64,000 nt of DNA, taken from assembly GCA_025786725.1 (NCBI GenBank), contig JAHLTZ010000066.1, forward strand, positions 1 through 64,000, in the 5' to 3' direction. A program made the translations under genes and the position numbers. Shown in pieces: positions 50,992 to 64,000 of this stretch (within the stretch, counting starts at the first letter, position 1; the number at the start of each line of letters is the position of its first letter). Origin of the DNA: Syncephalis fuscata S228 (lineage: Eukaryota > Fungi > Zoopagomycota). The notes beneath the pieces are model-generated. The model worked only from the letters and a program-made list of their open reading frames with translations, was not told the DNA's origin and did no database searches.

Positions 50992-53900
50992 ATGTCACAA
51001 TCGCGACCAGCCTTGACAGCTGGCACCAACAATACCAGCAATGTAATTGATAGTCAGTCTGTTATTTCATCACAACCCAGTGTATCGTCAATGCCTGCAT
51101 CTGTAATGCAACAGGTAATAGCAGAACGCGATGCTTTACGCGAACAAAATGACCAGCTATGGAAGATTATTGAAAAACAGCGTAGTATTATTCAACAATT
51201 ACAGCTGCGTAATGGCGAGCTTCAAGAGGCGTTAAATAGTTTACAATTGACTGAAGGACAGCAAATTGATATAATTGGCAATGATAGTGCTGTTAATACA
51301 AGTGTAGCAAGTAAACAGAACTTAGTACGACGGCGTTCAGGCTCACTTGACACTGTAAGTGCTATCAGTCGTGGCATGGCTGTTCTATCAAGAGATGGCA
51401 CCATACACGAGATGGACGATTCTGAACTGCGCCGGCCGCGGTCGCATCACCCTCTCCACTTATGCTAAACTCGGTCCCTGTCACCACACCACCACATCCG
51501 ACTGTTACGCCAGCTACTCCGCGTACATCAAAGGATATTGATAGTGTGCGTAAACAAGCACTGCGTGTTGCAGTACCGACACAAGCAACAACACAAGGGG
51601 ATGTGCCATCGTCGCCTTTTAAAGCTTCACCTGATCCGCACGATAGGACTATTTTATCTCGAGCATCTGGTAATACACGTAGTCCTATTTCACCTTCTGC
51701 ACGATCATCACCACGTGCATTGGATAGTATGGCTACTCAGGGCGTAGATAGAATTTTGCGCCACCATGGATCGTTGGAAACGGTTCGTTCACAAGGCCGA
51801 CCTGCCCAGTCAATACCTTCACCTCGCGGTCAGTCACCACGTCTTCAACAGCAGCATTTTTCAAGTAATAGTCCTATATCACCATCCGCTGTACGCCAAC
51901 GTTCACTTGAACAATTGCCACGTAGCCGTGGTACTTCTCCCCACACAAGTGGCCATTCCACGCCACAAAGACAGGCATCATTTGAACGAAACGGCTCGTT
52001 AAATCGTGCTAACGGCCCTGTATCGAGTATGTCATCAGAAGGAGCATTTAATCAGCCACGGTCAACGCCATATTCACCAACTATAGGTACGCCAACACTA
52101 GCGGGAATACAGCAACGCACACAATGGCATCAGCTACAATGCATGGCCAGTCTACAATATCCACGACAGTAATGCATTTACAGAATGAAGTAGAATACAT
52201 GTCATTTAGTCCAACAAAAGAGACACCGCCACCACCAGCAAATGAACAACAACAGCCATGGGATCAACATGGCCGTTTAGCAATAATGAAAGTAAAGAAA
52301 AAGAGCCATTGAATTCACTTAATCAAGAAAGTGAAATTAATCGTATGAGTGTTATGGTGCAACCACCGTCAAGTCCACATTCTTTAAGCCTGAAAATCAA
52401 CCTCGTGTTCCATTACCGCCACCAGGTGTATTGTCATCAATCGGTAATCCAATGATAAAGAATGATTTAACGGCACCTATATCATCTACATCGGCATTTA
52501 TCACAGAATCAACATCGTCTACGTTAGTTAATACAGTAACAACTACGGATAATAACGATAATGGTGAACATGGCAAACATGAAAACGAAGAAGAATACAA
52601 TAATAATAATAATACTGGCCATTATGAAGATGAGAATCGATCAATAACTGATACACAGCATGTAGACTCGGTTGCAGCACGTAGAATGCGAAATGTTGGT
52701 AGTTTCCGCCTTAGTCGAGCCGATATGCCACCGGCATCCTTCACCAAATTGATAGTATAACCGAACAGCTACAAGAAAGTGTTCAAAAACATCGTGATCA
52801 AAATGGCAGAAGTGGCAGCATTGATACAGCAGCATTGGAGTCGATGCATCGTCTATTCATTCATGGCACGATGACATTGATTACCAGTCCCTATTAGTCT
52901 AGCTGGTCAAGGATCGGAGGAGCGTGACTCGTATTTACTACAAGTCATACTATTGATAGTTTAGATGTTGAAGACGGTGATGGTGATGAAGGCTTTGATA
53001 GCGATGGATTTGAGCCACATGATGGTGAACACAACGTGGAAAATACCCGTTCCGAAAGCGTATCCAGTCTACCATTAAATGAGTCACCTGGTCGATCAGC
53101 TGTATTGTCCACAATAGCGCGTGAACCATTAAGTCCTGGCCTAGCAAAAGCATCTCATTCTCAGGCACAAGTAACACTGCAACAAATACGGGCAATATGA
53201 CACCGCGTGGACCAGTATTACATCAACCAATTGAGCCACTTGCGGATATTAAAGGCATTGGTGCATTTGTTGTGGCCTCTGGATTTTCACTTAATGATAA
53301 AGGCCGTGAAGTATCAACATTTGTACTTGCTGTTGTACGTATGGATGCAAGCAATACCAATGAAGCCATGAACTATGGCGAGTAGAAAAGGAATATGTTC
53401 ATTTTGTTAAATTAGATGCTTCAGTAAGTTACTATTATATTATATTATATTATATTATATTAATATTTGTGTATTAGTTGAAACATAAACAACCACGTAA
53501 AATACTTAATGCTATTGGTAAATTACCTGAAAAAAGTTTATTTACTGGACATGCACCACAGAAGGTTGATCAACGCAAGGTAATTTAATATTATAACAAT
53601 ATAATATTTATTTATCAATTAATGGATTTATTTAAATTAGGCGGCACTTGAAATATATTTACAAGCTGCTATTGCTACTAATCCACCAACTGTAGATGCA
53701 TTATGCTCCTTCTTATCAACAAATGTTAAATATCCAGACAAAGGAATTACTGTAAGTATAAATGTTGCTTATTAATAGTAATATATATAATTAACTGTTA
53801 TTTATTAGCCGGAAGGGTATAAAGAAGGATATTTGACCAAAAGAGGCAAAAACTTTGGTGGGTGGAAGAAGCGATACTTTATGCTACGCAGTCCAGTTCT

Positions 53901-56491
53901 TGAATATTATGAAAGTGTAAGTTATTTAAATAGACAAGTTGTTAGCATTATCTAATAGCACAATATATATACACACATATATACATATTATAGCGCGAAG
54001 GTCAACGACTTGGTACCATTCCATTACGTCACTGTCAAGTAATGCGTCAACAGCCACGTCAACGTGATCATGATGAAAAGGCTTACCGTCATGCATTTAT
54101 GATTATTGAGGCAAGAAAGAATAGTAATGTAACACGACATGTATTCTGTGCAGAGAGTGACGAAGAACGTGATTCATGGGTCTACTGTCTATCACGTTAT
54201 ACTGGACAACAACAACAACCAATCACAGCATGCTCAGGCTGAATCGATTGACTCACTTGGTTCAGGTTCTACTGGTGCTGAAGATATACAAGTACCCACT
54301 AGTCGTGGTAAATTACGTAAAATGAGTAAATCAGACACTTCCAATTGCAGCAATCAACGTACAGGCAGTATATCCCATAGTGCTCCTCTAGTATATCAGA
54401 TACTGCAGCTTTTGCAGAATCAAAGTCATCTCATCAATTGCCGGTTGTTGAAGAGAAAGTTGAACGACGCAGTCCATTAAGCAATGTAGCAGCAAATGAA
54501 AATGATAACACTGATTTGTATAACAATCATTCAGTTGATCTTAATCATAAAAATGTAACATCAGCGCCCACACCAGTACCTCATAGTGCAGTTGATACAG
54601 CCATGGCACATCAACCTAATATTGGTAGATCATCGCCTGTTCATCATAGCACAGTGGTACCTGATAGAGATATTCAGCAACATCATAGCAATGCACCTAT
54701 TAGTCATAGATCTGCCATGTCTTTGGGAAGAGAAGCAGATCGTCGAGAATTGCCACCAGCAGCACACGATGCAGCTAAGCCAACAACAGCGCCACCACCA
54801 CCACAAAATGAACGTTCTAACTTTTATTCTTCATCTTCTCAAGTATCGACATTACACAAAGCAGCAGTGGTAAAAAGGATGCGGCACCTGTTTCACAACA
54901 GAAAAAGAAAGGCTTTTGGGGTCGTATGTTTACAGGTGGTGGTAAGTTGAACTAATAACTACACGTCTATTATTTAATGACGCTCATCTTTATTATTGCT
55001 CTATACTAGAACCTGGACGACGTGTTACAAATCAGCCGGTATTTGGTGTGCCATTAGAACGGGCCATTGAAATATCACGGGTCAAGGAAGGATTTGATGT
55101 CCAGCAGTTGTTTATCGTACCATTGAGTATCTTGAAGCAAAACAAGGTAAATATAAATGATAATATACATATGTTTTTATATTTATTATGTTTTTATAGC
55201 GGAGCATGAAGAAGGTATTTATCGGTTATCAGGCAGTACGGCAGTAGTACGGCAGCTACGAGAGAAGTACGACACCTATAATGATTATAATCTTGTGGCA
55301 TCTGGTGAATATTACGATGTCCATGCCGTGGCCGGTGTACTTAAAATGTATCTACGAGAATTGCCCATCAATGTGCTTACACGTGAACTTCATTCGCAAT
55401 TCCTTAAAGTACTTGGTAAGTACGAATAGTTATATAACTGTTTAATAATTCATAATTACTAATTAATTAACGTAAAATAACATTACAATACCATTAGATA
55501 ACGATGATCGCCGTATTCGAGTCAATGAATTGGGTAAACTTGTATCACAGTTACCCGTGGCAAATTACACACTATTACGTACATTAATTGCTCATTTAAT
55601 ACGAATTGTTCGTAAAAGCGATGTTAACAAAATGACTATCCGTAATGTTGGTATTGTGTTTTCACCTACACTTAATATTCCTGCTGGTGTATTTGCACTA
55701 TTTATGGCCCAGTTTGACTACATCTTCTTTATTGACACGGATGGTGTGGCCAAACCACGTATGGTGGCAGAGGGCGAGGAACTACTAGGTGAACGAGTTG
55801 AAGCAACTAAACACCGAGTAATACCGCCCAGTGTAAAAATCAATACTGAACGACAGAATCATATTGGCAATGCTGCGTCATCACCACGTACACCAACAAC
55901 ACCACGATCTATGGATATTCCAATGGAAATACCCGGATCGCATGGTGCAAGTACAAGTATAAGCAGTTCATTACCTGTCAATTCTGGTAATCATTTGGCT
56001 GTACTTGAGGAGCGATCTGCTTCAAATGGCCGGTCAAAGAGAAATAGTCTTATTTATCAGAGTGTAGCACCTGAGTTAGTTCAATTGGAACGACCATTAG
56101 ATGGTAAGTAACTGAATATGTATACAGCTTGTTTACTAACATATATACATGTTGTTATATTAGATAATATTCACCCGGTTAATGAACCTACACACAACAT
56201 TCAACAATTCAAGAAACAAATCATTATGTATCGCCATCAACCAGTACTGATAATGTTTATCATCCAACTATCCAAGTAAGCGGCTATGAAGCTGAAGGAA
56301 ATGGTGAAGCCCAACAACACCATTATTATCAACAACAAGAACAGGCATCACTTCATCATGCCATGACGGGTGGTGGTGGTACATTTAGTGCACCAGCACA
56401 CTTGCGTTCTTTACAAGAAAGGCCAGAAAGTCAATTTACTGACTTCAGTGATTATACTCAAGATAATGAACCAGTACCACTTTCTCCCTAA
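50992..56491 (+). CDS. BEM3: Rho GTPase-activating protein with PX and PH domains (Bem3-like)
   Basis: N-terminal coiled coil (NDQLWKIIEKQR), PX (KLPEKSLFTGHAPQKVDQRK), PH (KEGYLTKRGKNFGGWKKRYF; FCAESDEERDSWV), RhoGAP (EEGIYRLSGS, DVHAVAGVLKMYLRELP, NKMTIRNVGIVFSPTL). Several apparent assembly frameshifts. Confidence 0.88.
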
Positions 56492-56989
56492 GAATCTATA
56501 ACTAATCAATTAATTAATTAGCTAGTAACCAATGATTACTGGTTATATTGGCTATACGTGTAATAACTGTCTTTGGCGCAATTGTATGCGCATGCTTACT
56601 CTCGCTTCCTTTGTGTACAAGGCATTCGCTTCACTTCTTCTTTTTTATTTCTAATTAAATAATATTTAATCTTCACAGTAATTGTAATTAGCTTAATATT
56701 TAAAAGCTTTTGTAATAAAAATGAATCCAGTATATTTGAAAGATCAGGTAATGTATTGACTAATTGTATCAGTAACTGTTATTTTAAACATCTTAATACA
56801 ACTTACATTCTTTAGCAATAATAGCAATAATTATTTAATTAATTGTTCTATTTGATTGTACTAGTGTTGTTGCACTAATATATACATGCTATATTCCATT
56901 TCATTTTTTATTTTGATACTTGTTAATTGAGTTAAATAAACTGCATTATTATACAATTTAATTTAATTTATTAGCCATTTATTATAGTT

Positions 56990-57250
56990 TATGGTTAAAA
57001 TGACTAGTATTTAATGACATCCAACTTATTGAACATGATGATGGGCGGTGAGTGACATCATCATCAAATACTCATCATCATAGATTATTATCCAGTATGC
57101 ATATATCCTCTATTTGTTTTTGTTATTATTATTGTATATTATTCTAATATATATCATTCTATAACATGCCAGACACGTTTTATTGTTTATACGCGGCAAT
57201 ATAGTTTGTTCATTCCACTCATTACACTATGCGCACTATAACACAATTAT
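56990..57250 (+). repeat. Dispersed repeat family, subtype A copy
   Basis: TTGAACATGATGATGGGCGGTGAGTGACATCATCATCAAATACTCATCATCATAGATTATTATCCAGTATGCATATA. Confidence 0.88.
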
Positions 57251-57388
57251 CCATTTTATTCTCATGGTATTTCTATCATAACTTAATCTATTTAAATGCA
57301 CACCACTCGTAACATACAAAGCAATAAAGTAATTGCAGATATTAACATAGCAATATACCACTATCTGAATCCATTGCTGTAGCTACAC

Positions 57389-58740
57389 ATGCTGTTATTG
57401 GTCGCTATATATAGACTATGCAATCTCAGTTTCACCAACTGCTTAACACGAATGTCGCCTATGCTGCCCACTTTCTTCACCACTCTTCTCCTATTCCACT
57501 ACTACCACTATGTATTTTTGCTACAAGAATACGTGAATTGCTTTTGCAACTTACAATTGCAGCGAGCTATGCTGTAGTGCACGCTAAAACGTCTGCTTGT
57601 GGCACACACGAATACACATATTATTATTAGGCTAGCTGGACGAGTTGTGTACTAGATACGCACTTTAAAGCTATCGATATTACACTGTGTTGTGTTGTGC
57701 AATGCTTGTTTGTCTGCTCATTTGTTACAAGCTGTGACAGAAGGACGGCACACTTGTTGACGGACGCCACTAAAGCAACTGTTGTAATAGTAGTGCCCAG
57801 TACAAATATTCAAAGGGCTATTCAGTTGGTATAACACCACTAAACTAGCTGCTGCAATAGTGCAACTGTTTAGCAGTGGGTGCTGTGGTGGTCTAAATAG
57901 GACTCAGTGAGAAGTCCTGCCAAGTGGAGGGTCGCTTGAATGGTGTAGTTGGCCGCTACTTTTACGGTGTTATTTTAGTGGTGCACTGGTGTGTGGGACT
58001 AGTATAATGGATATACAGCCATTGTTGCTATGTCACAGAATATGGACGATGAAGGCACTTGCCCCGATGTAGTGTGTAGCATACTGTTTGTTGGCAGTTC
58101 ACTGCTAGCTTGCAGCTTGCGTATGGGTTGCTTTGAAGGATTATCTCTTACATGTTGCCAATATCATAATATTATTGGCACTATCAAGATAGCTTCTTCA
58201 GCTCAACTATGGACCTATCCATACAAAAATTGGCGTGGGCTACGTAATAGTTGCAGCTATGCGATTGTGTGGTATTATAGCATAATATCACACTGTCTGC
58301 AAACAGGATGGGTGGAGCGCAGCTTAGATGTTCTATATAGTGCAACGATTGTTTTGTATCTGCATTTGAGTCACATTGTGAATTCAGTGTGCCGGCTGTT
58401 TTTATTGCATTCGAGCATCATCTGGAAATTCAGTGCAATACGAAACAACTCTTTGCGCTATTTTAACGATTGCTACATATTGTACACTGCTTTATTTACG
58501 GTATTATGTGTGCATGTATGGTTAAGTGCATTAATATAACACTGTTGTAAAGCGGTAATGTAGCGATGACGGCAAAGTGGGAGCTTCATATATTTACGTG
58601 GCATCTTTTATTATACAATTGACGTAATGGGGCACTACGTCGTTGAAGGTGTATCTCAAATATGTGGAGTAATTGCTTTGTGCTGGGCTGAATGCTTCCA
58701 TACTGTCGTTTGTTACATGCTGCATCGGGGCTTTTAACAA
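57389..58740 (+). pseudogene. Decayed gene for an extracellular-domain plus multi-pass membrane protein
   Basis: Coding-like GC island with fragmentary ORFs (57389, 57418, 58030) rich in hydrophobic and Cys residues, interrupted by stops and frameshifts. Confidence 0.4.
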
Positions 58741-59645
58741 TTATAAATATTAGATTATAAGATAACCATTTAGATTATATAATTTAGAACATTAACTTAA
58801 TATACATATGTTGTAATTATACGACAGGTACATAGCAATTTATAATTATTAATTATAATATTAACGGGAAATTATTAGATTAAGATCATGGATACAACTG
58901 CACATAGTTTCAAGGACACCTGGTGCCGTACAAGAGGATCGTCCAAGTAGCAAATGCCAGCTTTATGGAGTGCCGTCGTTTGGATTTTTAGTCATTCAAG
59001 CCGTTACTATTTTTATTTAATATACCACATTTACTTATTATTTAATTACCAGAGTGGCTCGGTGTTGTATATTATTGTCAAATTGCTGCCGCCTATTACA
59101 AGAGTGCAATAAAATAATACATTCAATTCTTATAGCCTATACTTGATCAGCATAATTAGAGTAGCTGTATATTAATAAATATTCTATTTTTCATTCATAT
59201 TGCATTTGATTGTATTGTTTGAGTATGCATCAATATTACACATTAGTAATAAATAGGCTCATTAATTTACATGATATGAAATGCTTATTGGAAATGAATA
59301 TTGTTATGTATGTATAACAAACTGGTTGGTTTAAATCAACATCGACTGTTGTAATAAGCATTGCACAGTTAATGTATTTAAAACACTGTACTAGCAAATT
59401 TAAAATAGACTATTCGCTGCAGAATGTCGCATAATCATGACTGCAATTGGTATTTTGTGCACTTTGAATCAATGTTCCATTATCGACGTTGTTCGTGCGT
59501 CATTGGTTCAGCTGCCACCTTGCATGCCGGTGCTGGCATATAGCTAGCTAAATAAAAGTGACGCGCTGCCACCTTTGTTATCTATCTTTATTTGAGCTTT
59601 ATTTTTGTCGGAACACGTACTTTGCTTGCCAAGTTTATTGTAAAC

Positions 59646-62321
59646 ATGTCGTCTTCAAACAACTCCACCTCATGTGGCAATGCTGAGCCATCTTATCATG
59701 CCGCGTCGTTGGCATCTAACGACACTCCGCTTAAGTCGCTATCACATTCTAGCCACGTACCAGATGCTGTTAATACATCAGTTGCTGGCCCATCCGCCTC
59801 CCCGTCCCTCCTGCCTCTACTATATCTACTGCTTCTACTGCAGCCAATGCACCACTTAAACCATCTGATGACGACAGTATAAACACCTGCTTCCTCAAAA
59901 AGACGCCCATGCTATGGGACAGCCTGCCTCATGCTGAGATGCGTGATGTAGCTGGATGGATAGAAGTGTTCGACTTGGAACGCACAGGTAAGTAAAAGTT
60001 TATAAATAACCGTGATGTAATTGGCTGATCAATATTATAGAGATATTGATAAAAGTTGGGCAAACTTTTATCTTTGGAAGTGGCGTCGAGTGGTAAGTAT
60101 TGAATTAACTACTATTTGGGGTAAAATGACTTTTACTAACAACTATGTAACGATGACTTTATTAATATAGTGATTATGTTATTCCGGGGGCAGAGGTACC
60201 TGAACAATGGTTCCGTATATTTATGGTAATTGCCATATCAACGTTTAATAACTTGTACTAACTATTACGGGTTGATATAGGAAGGGAACTTGATTATGTT
60301 CCAAGTAAGTATATTATTTTTATTTCCATTTATAACTAAATTTTATTTAGAACATTAGCGGCGTTGCATTAACTGGTAATTATAAAAATATCACTTAGTT
60401 ATGCGTTAACATGCTGTACAGTCAATGGTAAATTGGTGGAAAAAACCAACAAAATCATTTTTTTGAATGGCGGTTTTATCAGTATTCCTGGCTGTGAAAG
60501 TAGGTTATGAAATAGTTATAATTATTATAATTAATAATCAATTATTAGTAACCTTTCGCGTGTATAATCTGGAACTCACAGACCACATTGTACCCGACAA
60601 CAGCCCAGATTATAAAATGGTAGGTTTAATTAACATATGATATTAAAATAATTTAACACAATAACGTATAGGCTGTTGGAAAAAAATATACCATCAGCAA
60701 GGCCATACTTGGGTCGTGAGTGTAGCAATAATTTATTATTGCAATATATTAACTATTAATATTTACTAGTGGAACCTTTGGCAAAGTATATGTAGCAGAG
60801 ATTAATGCCACAGGCGAACGCGTCGCCATAAAAAAGTCCAGCAATGGACTGGAAAAAACTCAAGAGGAGGCAGATTTAGCTGTTATAACATTCGTATCTG
60901 AAATTCAGATACTTCACGAGCTCGATAATCCGTTTATGGTTAAAATGTTGGATTTTATGGCTACAGCAAAGTTCAACTACGTTGTGCTCGAGATGGCAGA
61001 GGGTGGTGATTTAAAAAACTATCTAAAGCTGCACCACCCCCTGCCAGAGCCTGCAGCACAGTATATTGTGCACCAACTAATGCGTGGATTGAAGGTGAGT
61101 AATAATTATACCAGTTGATATTATACTAACACAGACCAATTAGTACCTGCATAAAAATAACATTATTCATCGAGGTAAGTGTAATGGTTATTTATTAGCA
61201 ACATTTGGTAATTGTATGTGATTTCACCATCAAACATTAGACATTAAAGTAAGTAACAATTGGTAATGCAATATAATCAACTAATGTTGCTGTAGCCCAA
61301 AAACATCCTTTTGCGCGGACATCACAAGTACCCGCATGTGATGTATTCCGACTTTGGGCTGGCGTGCCAGCTGGAAGATGCCAACGCACTTGCAGACGAT
61401 TACCGTGGTACGCCAATTTTTATGGCGCCTGAGGTCTTTTTGGGAAGCAAGGGAGGGCGTGCTATTATCGAACAAGCAGCTGCGAAATCTAAGTCGGCTA
61501 ACACATTTGATGTCTCTGACCATGCTGTTGATGGATATGGCAAAGAGGTTGATGCATGGAGTCTGGGCGTAACAATATATTCTTTATTTTCAAGTAAGTT
61601 TTAACAGACTAGATTATTATGTCTGTTTTAAAGTGTGTAATAGAAAAGCATCCGTTTGAGGGATTTACGGATATTCACTTTCTTGTACGCAAGATGATAA
61701 ATGATGAGCCTCAGTTCAGAGGCAAAGTATGGAAGACTGTTACAGATCAAGGTAAGTAATATGGTTTAAATTTATACAATTTATTAATACAATTACAGCT
61801 ATAGGATTTATAGCTGCTTTGTTGAATTCAAGCCCATCGGCCAGATACACGGCTGGAATGGCGCTAAAGAATTCATGGCTTAGCGAGCCATTCAAAACGC
61901 TGGTTGAGCGGTATCGCGACCCTCAGCTATTGGAAGAACTCAAGGACCTGGAAGAAGACGAAGAAACCGAGCAAACTGAACTGACCAAGCTAAAGGACAG
62001 CGCTCAACCAATCCAAGACACGGACAAGGAAGAGCCAGAAGTGGCCCAAAAACAAGCAACTGGCACAGAAGAAGAGCTAGTTCAACAAGAAGATGATCAA
62101 AATGAAGAAGCGGAAGAGGAAGAAGAAGCGGAAGAGCTGGTACAGAATGTACAAGAAGCAGCAAATTTGGTTGAACCTTTTTCTTCTTTCAAGGTCGAGA
62201 AGCGCCAGCTTTCTCATGCTTCAGAGAATGAAGCTGAAGAAAGCAAGCGCAACAGACTTGGTAGGTACACGCTGATAATACATTACAATAACTAACGTCA
62301 ATACTAGACGATGATTTTTAA
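59646..62321 (+). CDS. FHA-like domain Ser/Thr kinase (Chk2/Dun1/Mek1-like), paralog B
   Basis: LGSGTFGKVY, RVAIKK, VVLEMAEGGDL, HR-D|IK|PKNILL, SDFGLA, GTPIFMAPE, GYGKEVDAWSLG, RYTAGMAL. Exon structure matches paralog A. Confidence 0.9.
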
Positions 62322-62379
62322 ACATGTACTTAGTTTTGTGCATTAAATAAATTGTTTTTTATTAATTATTTAATGCGAT

Positions 62380-62700
62380 TCGGTGTCAAATGACTAAATT
62401 TAATAACATTCGCGCAATTGCACTGCACATTCACTCTATTGAACATGGGGACAAGTGGTGAGTTTTATTTAATCGTCACATCACCACACATTGCTTTTTT
62501 GGTGGTCAAATGACTAATATTTAATAACATCCAATCTATTGAACATGATGATGGGTGGTGAGTGACATCAATCATCAAATACTCATCATCATAGATTCAT
62601 TATCCAATATGCATATATCCAGTACACATATATCCCCTATTTACCTATATTATTCCCATTCTATTTTATACTACTATATACCATTATATGATATATCAGG
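62380..62700 (+). repeat. Dispersed repeat family, subtype A (a degenerate partial copy followed by an intact core)
   Basis: GTCAAATGACTAA..TTAATAACAT...CTATTGAACATG occurs twice (~62385 and ~62505); the intact core is at 62539-62630. Confidence 0.85.
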
Positions 62701-62899
62701 TACATTTTATTGTTATAGGTCTCAATTACATATAGTTTGCTAAATGAATGAGATGAATGAGTCGAGATTTATTAATAATAGTGCTAGAACCAAAAGGACA
62801 ACTGTACTAGCTAGTGCGTATACACTAGATAATAAAATGATATGGAGTATAATAAACATGCAATATTAAATGACGATTAGCTATGTTACCATTATTGAG

Positions 62900-63400
62900 T
62901 ATATATGCATGATCCGTGAGTGGAATTAGTTGAAATTTATTAGTAATAAAGCTAGAATAAAATAAAAACAGTTTTGGGTAGAGAAAGGACAAATGAGTAT
63001 AAAATGATATATATTAATGTGAAATAGAATGGGAATGATATATGTGAATAGAGTATATATTTATACTGAGCATATGCGTATTAGATCATAAATCTATAAT
63101 AATGAGTATTTTGGACCCTAATGTGAATTACTCCTAGTTTCATGTTCGCTAAAAAAAAGTTTAATTTAAATGTATGAATGTTATTAAATGTAATTATTTG
63201 ACCCCCAAATTACACTAATTATTAATAAATTGTTTAATGCTTACAAAAAAATGGGTATTTTTATTTAATTAATAAATGAGATGATATATACAATATGATA
63301 TATACAAGTCATCAATTGAATGGCATTGTACATAAAAAGGCCATGAACAAATTGAAGTACAGATGAGGGAATTGTTCAAGTGACAAAATAAAAGAAACAA
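62900..63400 (-). repeat. Dispersed repeat family, subtype B, long inverted copy
   Basis: Reverse complement aligns by eye with 10560-11130, and the forward sequence aligns with 38160-38490. Confidence 0.85.
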
Positions 63401-63860
63401 TAGAAATCTGTTGCATAAAATCAAGTATATTTATATAACAATGTTATCAGTAAAATAAGAAGATTAGATAACAAATAATAAAGAAATGTCATTATCATAA
63501 AATATAATACTATACTTGACAATTAAGTTGTTAAACGTTAGATTCAGTTATAAAAAACATTGTTTATTGAATATTAAATAAATACTTATAAACACATCTA
63601 TTCTAAGCTACATTTTTATATAAAACATAATAGCAGACATTCATTTCATATGCAACTGATACAAATTGTTTGCATATTTTTTATTTTCAAAAACAAGGGG
63701 CTCAAAATAAATAACTCCTCGTATGTAAAGATAAGGCCTGTCACTAAGAGCTGCTTGTACTACAAAACTTGAGATTTTTAAGAATTTCTTTATTTAGCAT
63801 ATCGTCATTTCTGGGCATTACAAAAACGGATACTTACACTTTTTTATTTTTCAATTCAAA

Positions 63861-64000
63861 ATGACCAAAATGACAGAGAGCGATAATGCACAACCCGATA
63901 AAAAAGATATGGCATTGTTGTTTCCAGAAGCCGCAATACCAAAGCTGCCCGATACAAAACGAATGCTGCTAGCGCGACTATGCCTATTTGTGACGGAAAC
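63861..64000 (+). CDS. 5' end of an unidentified gene, truncated by the window edge
   Basis: ATG-initiated frame open to the window end (MTKMTESDNAQPDKKDMALLFPEAAIPKLPDTKRMLLARLCLFVTE), following a T-rich leader. Confidence 0.45.
   Translation, partial: MTKMTESDNAQPDKKDMALLFPEAAIPKLPDTKRMLLARLCLFVTE

Overview
Eukaryotic, AT-rich, intron-dense genomic DNA from an early-diverging fungus. The short GT-AG introns with CTAA-type branch points and the lineage-type secreted kinase-like genes suggest Zoopagomycota (Syncephalis-like); this is inference, not a database result. Many single-base homopolymer frameshifts in essential genes point to an unpolished long-read assembly. Genes in order: a hypothetical coiled-coil/TM gene, acetoacetyl-CoA synthetase ending in a PTS1 (-SKL), an Msg5-type MAPK phosphatase, a hypothetical protein, CCT6, RPS3, NAR1, MPC2, a secreted truncated pseudokinase, a giant VPS8, FHA-Ser/Thr kinase A, a ~930-bp tandem triplication of a decayed membrane-protein gene, a Myb+U-box gene, a BEM3-like PX-PH-RhoGAP, a decayed membrane-protein gene, FHA-kinase B and a truncated ORF. 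Items not visible in the ORF track: (1) a box C/D snoRNA in RPS3 intron 1 with a perfect 10-bp terminal stem and a 15-nt guide to 25S rRNA (snR48/SNORD60-like); (2) a dispersed non-coding repeat family (at least 8 copies, two subtypes, twice as inverted pairs); (3) a CCT6 start codon split by an intron; (4) 8-nt microexons completing the catalytic Asp codon in both FHA-kinase paralogs. No CRISPR array, tRNA, rRNA or transposase was found.
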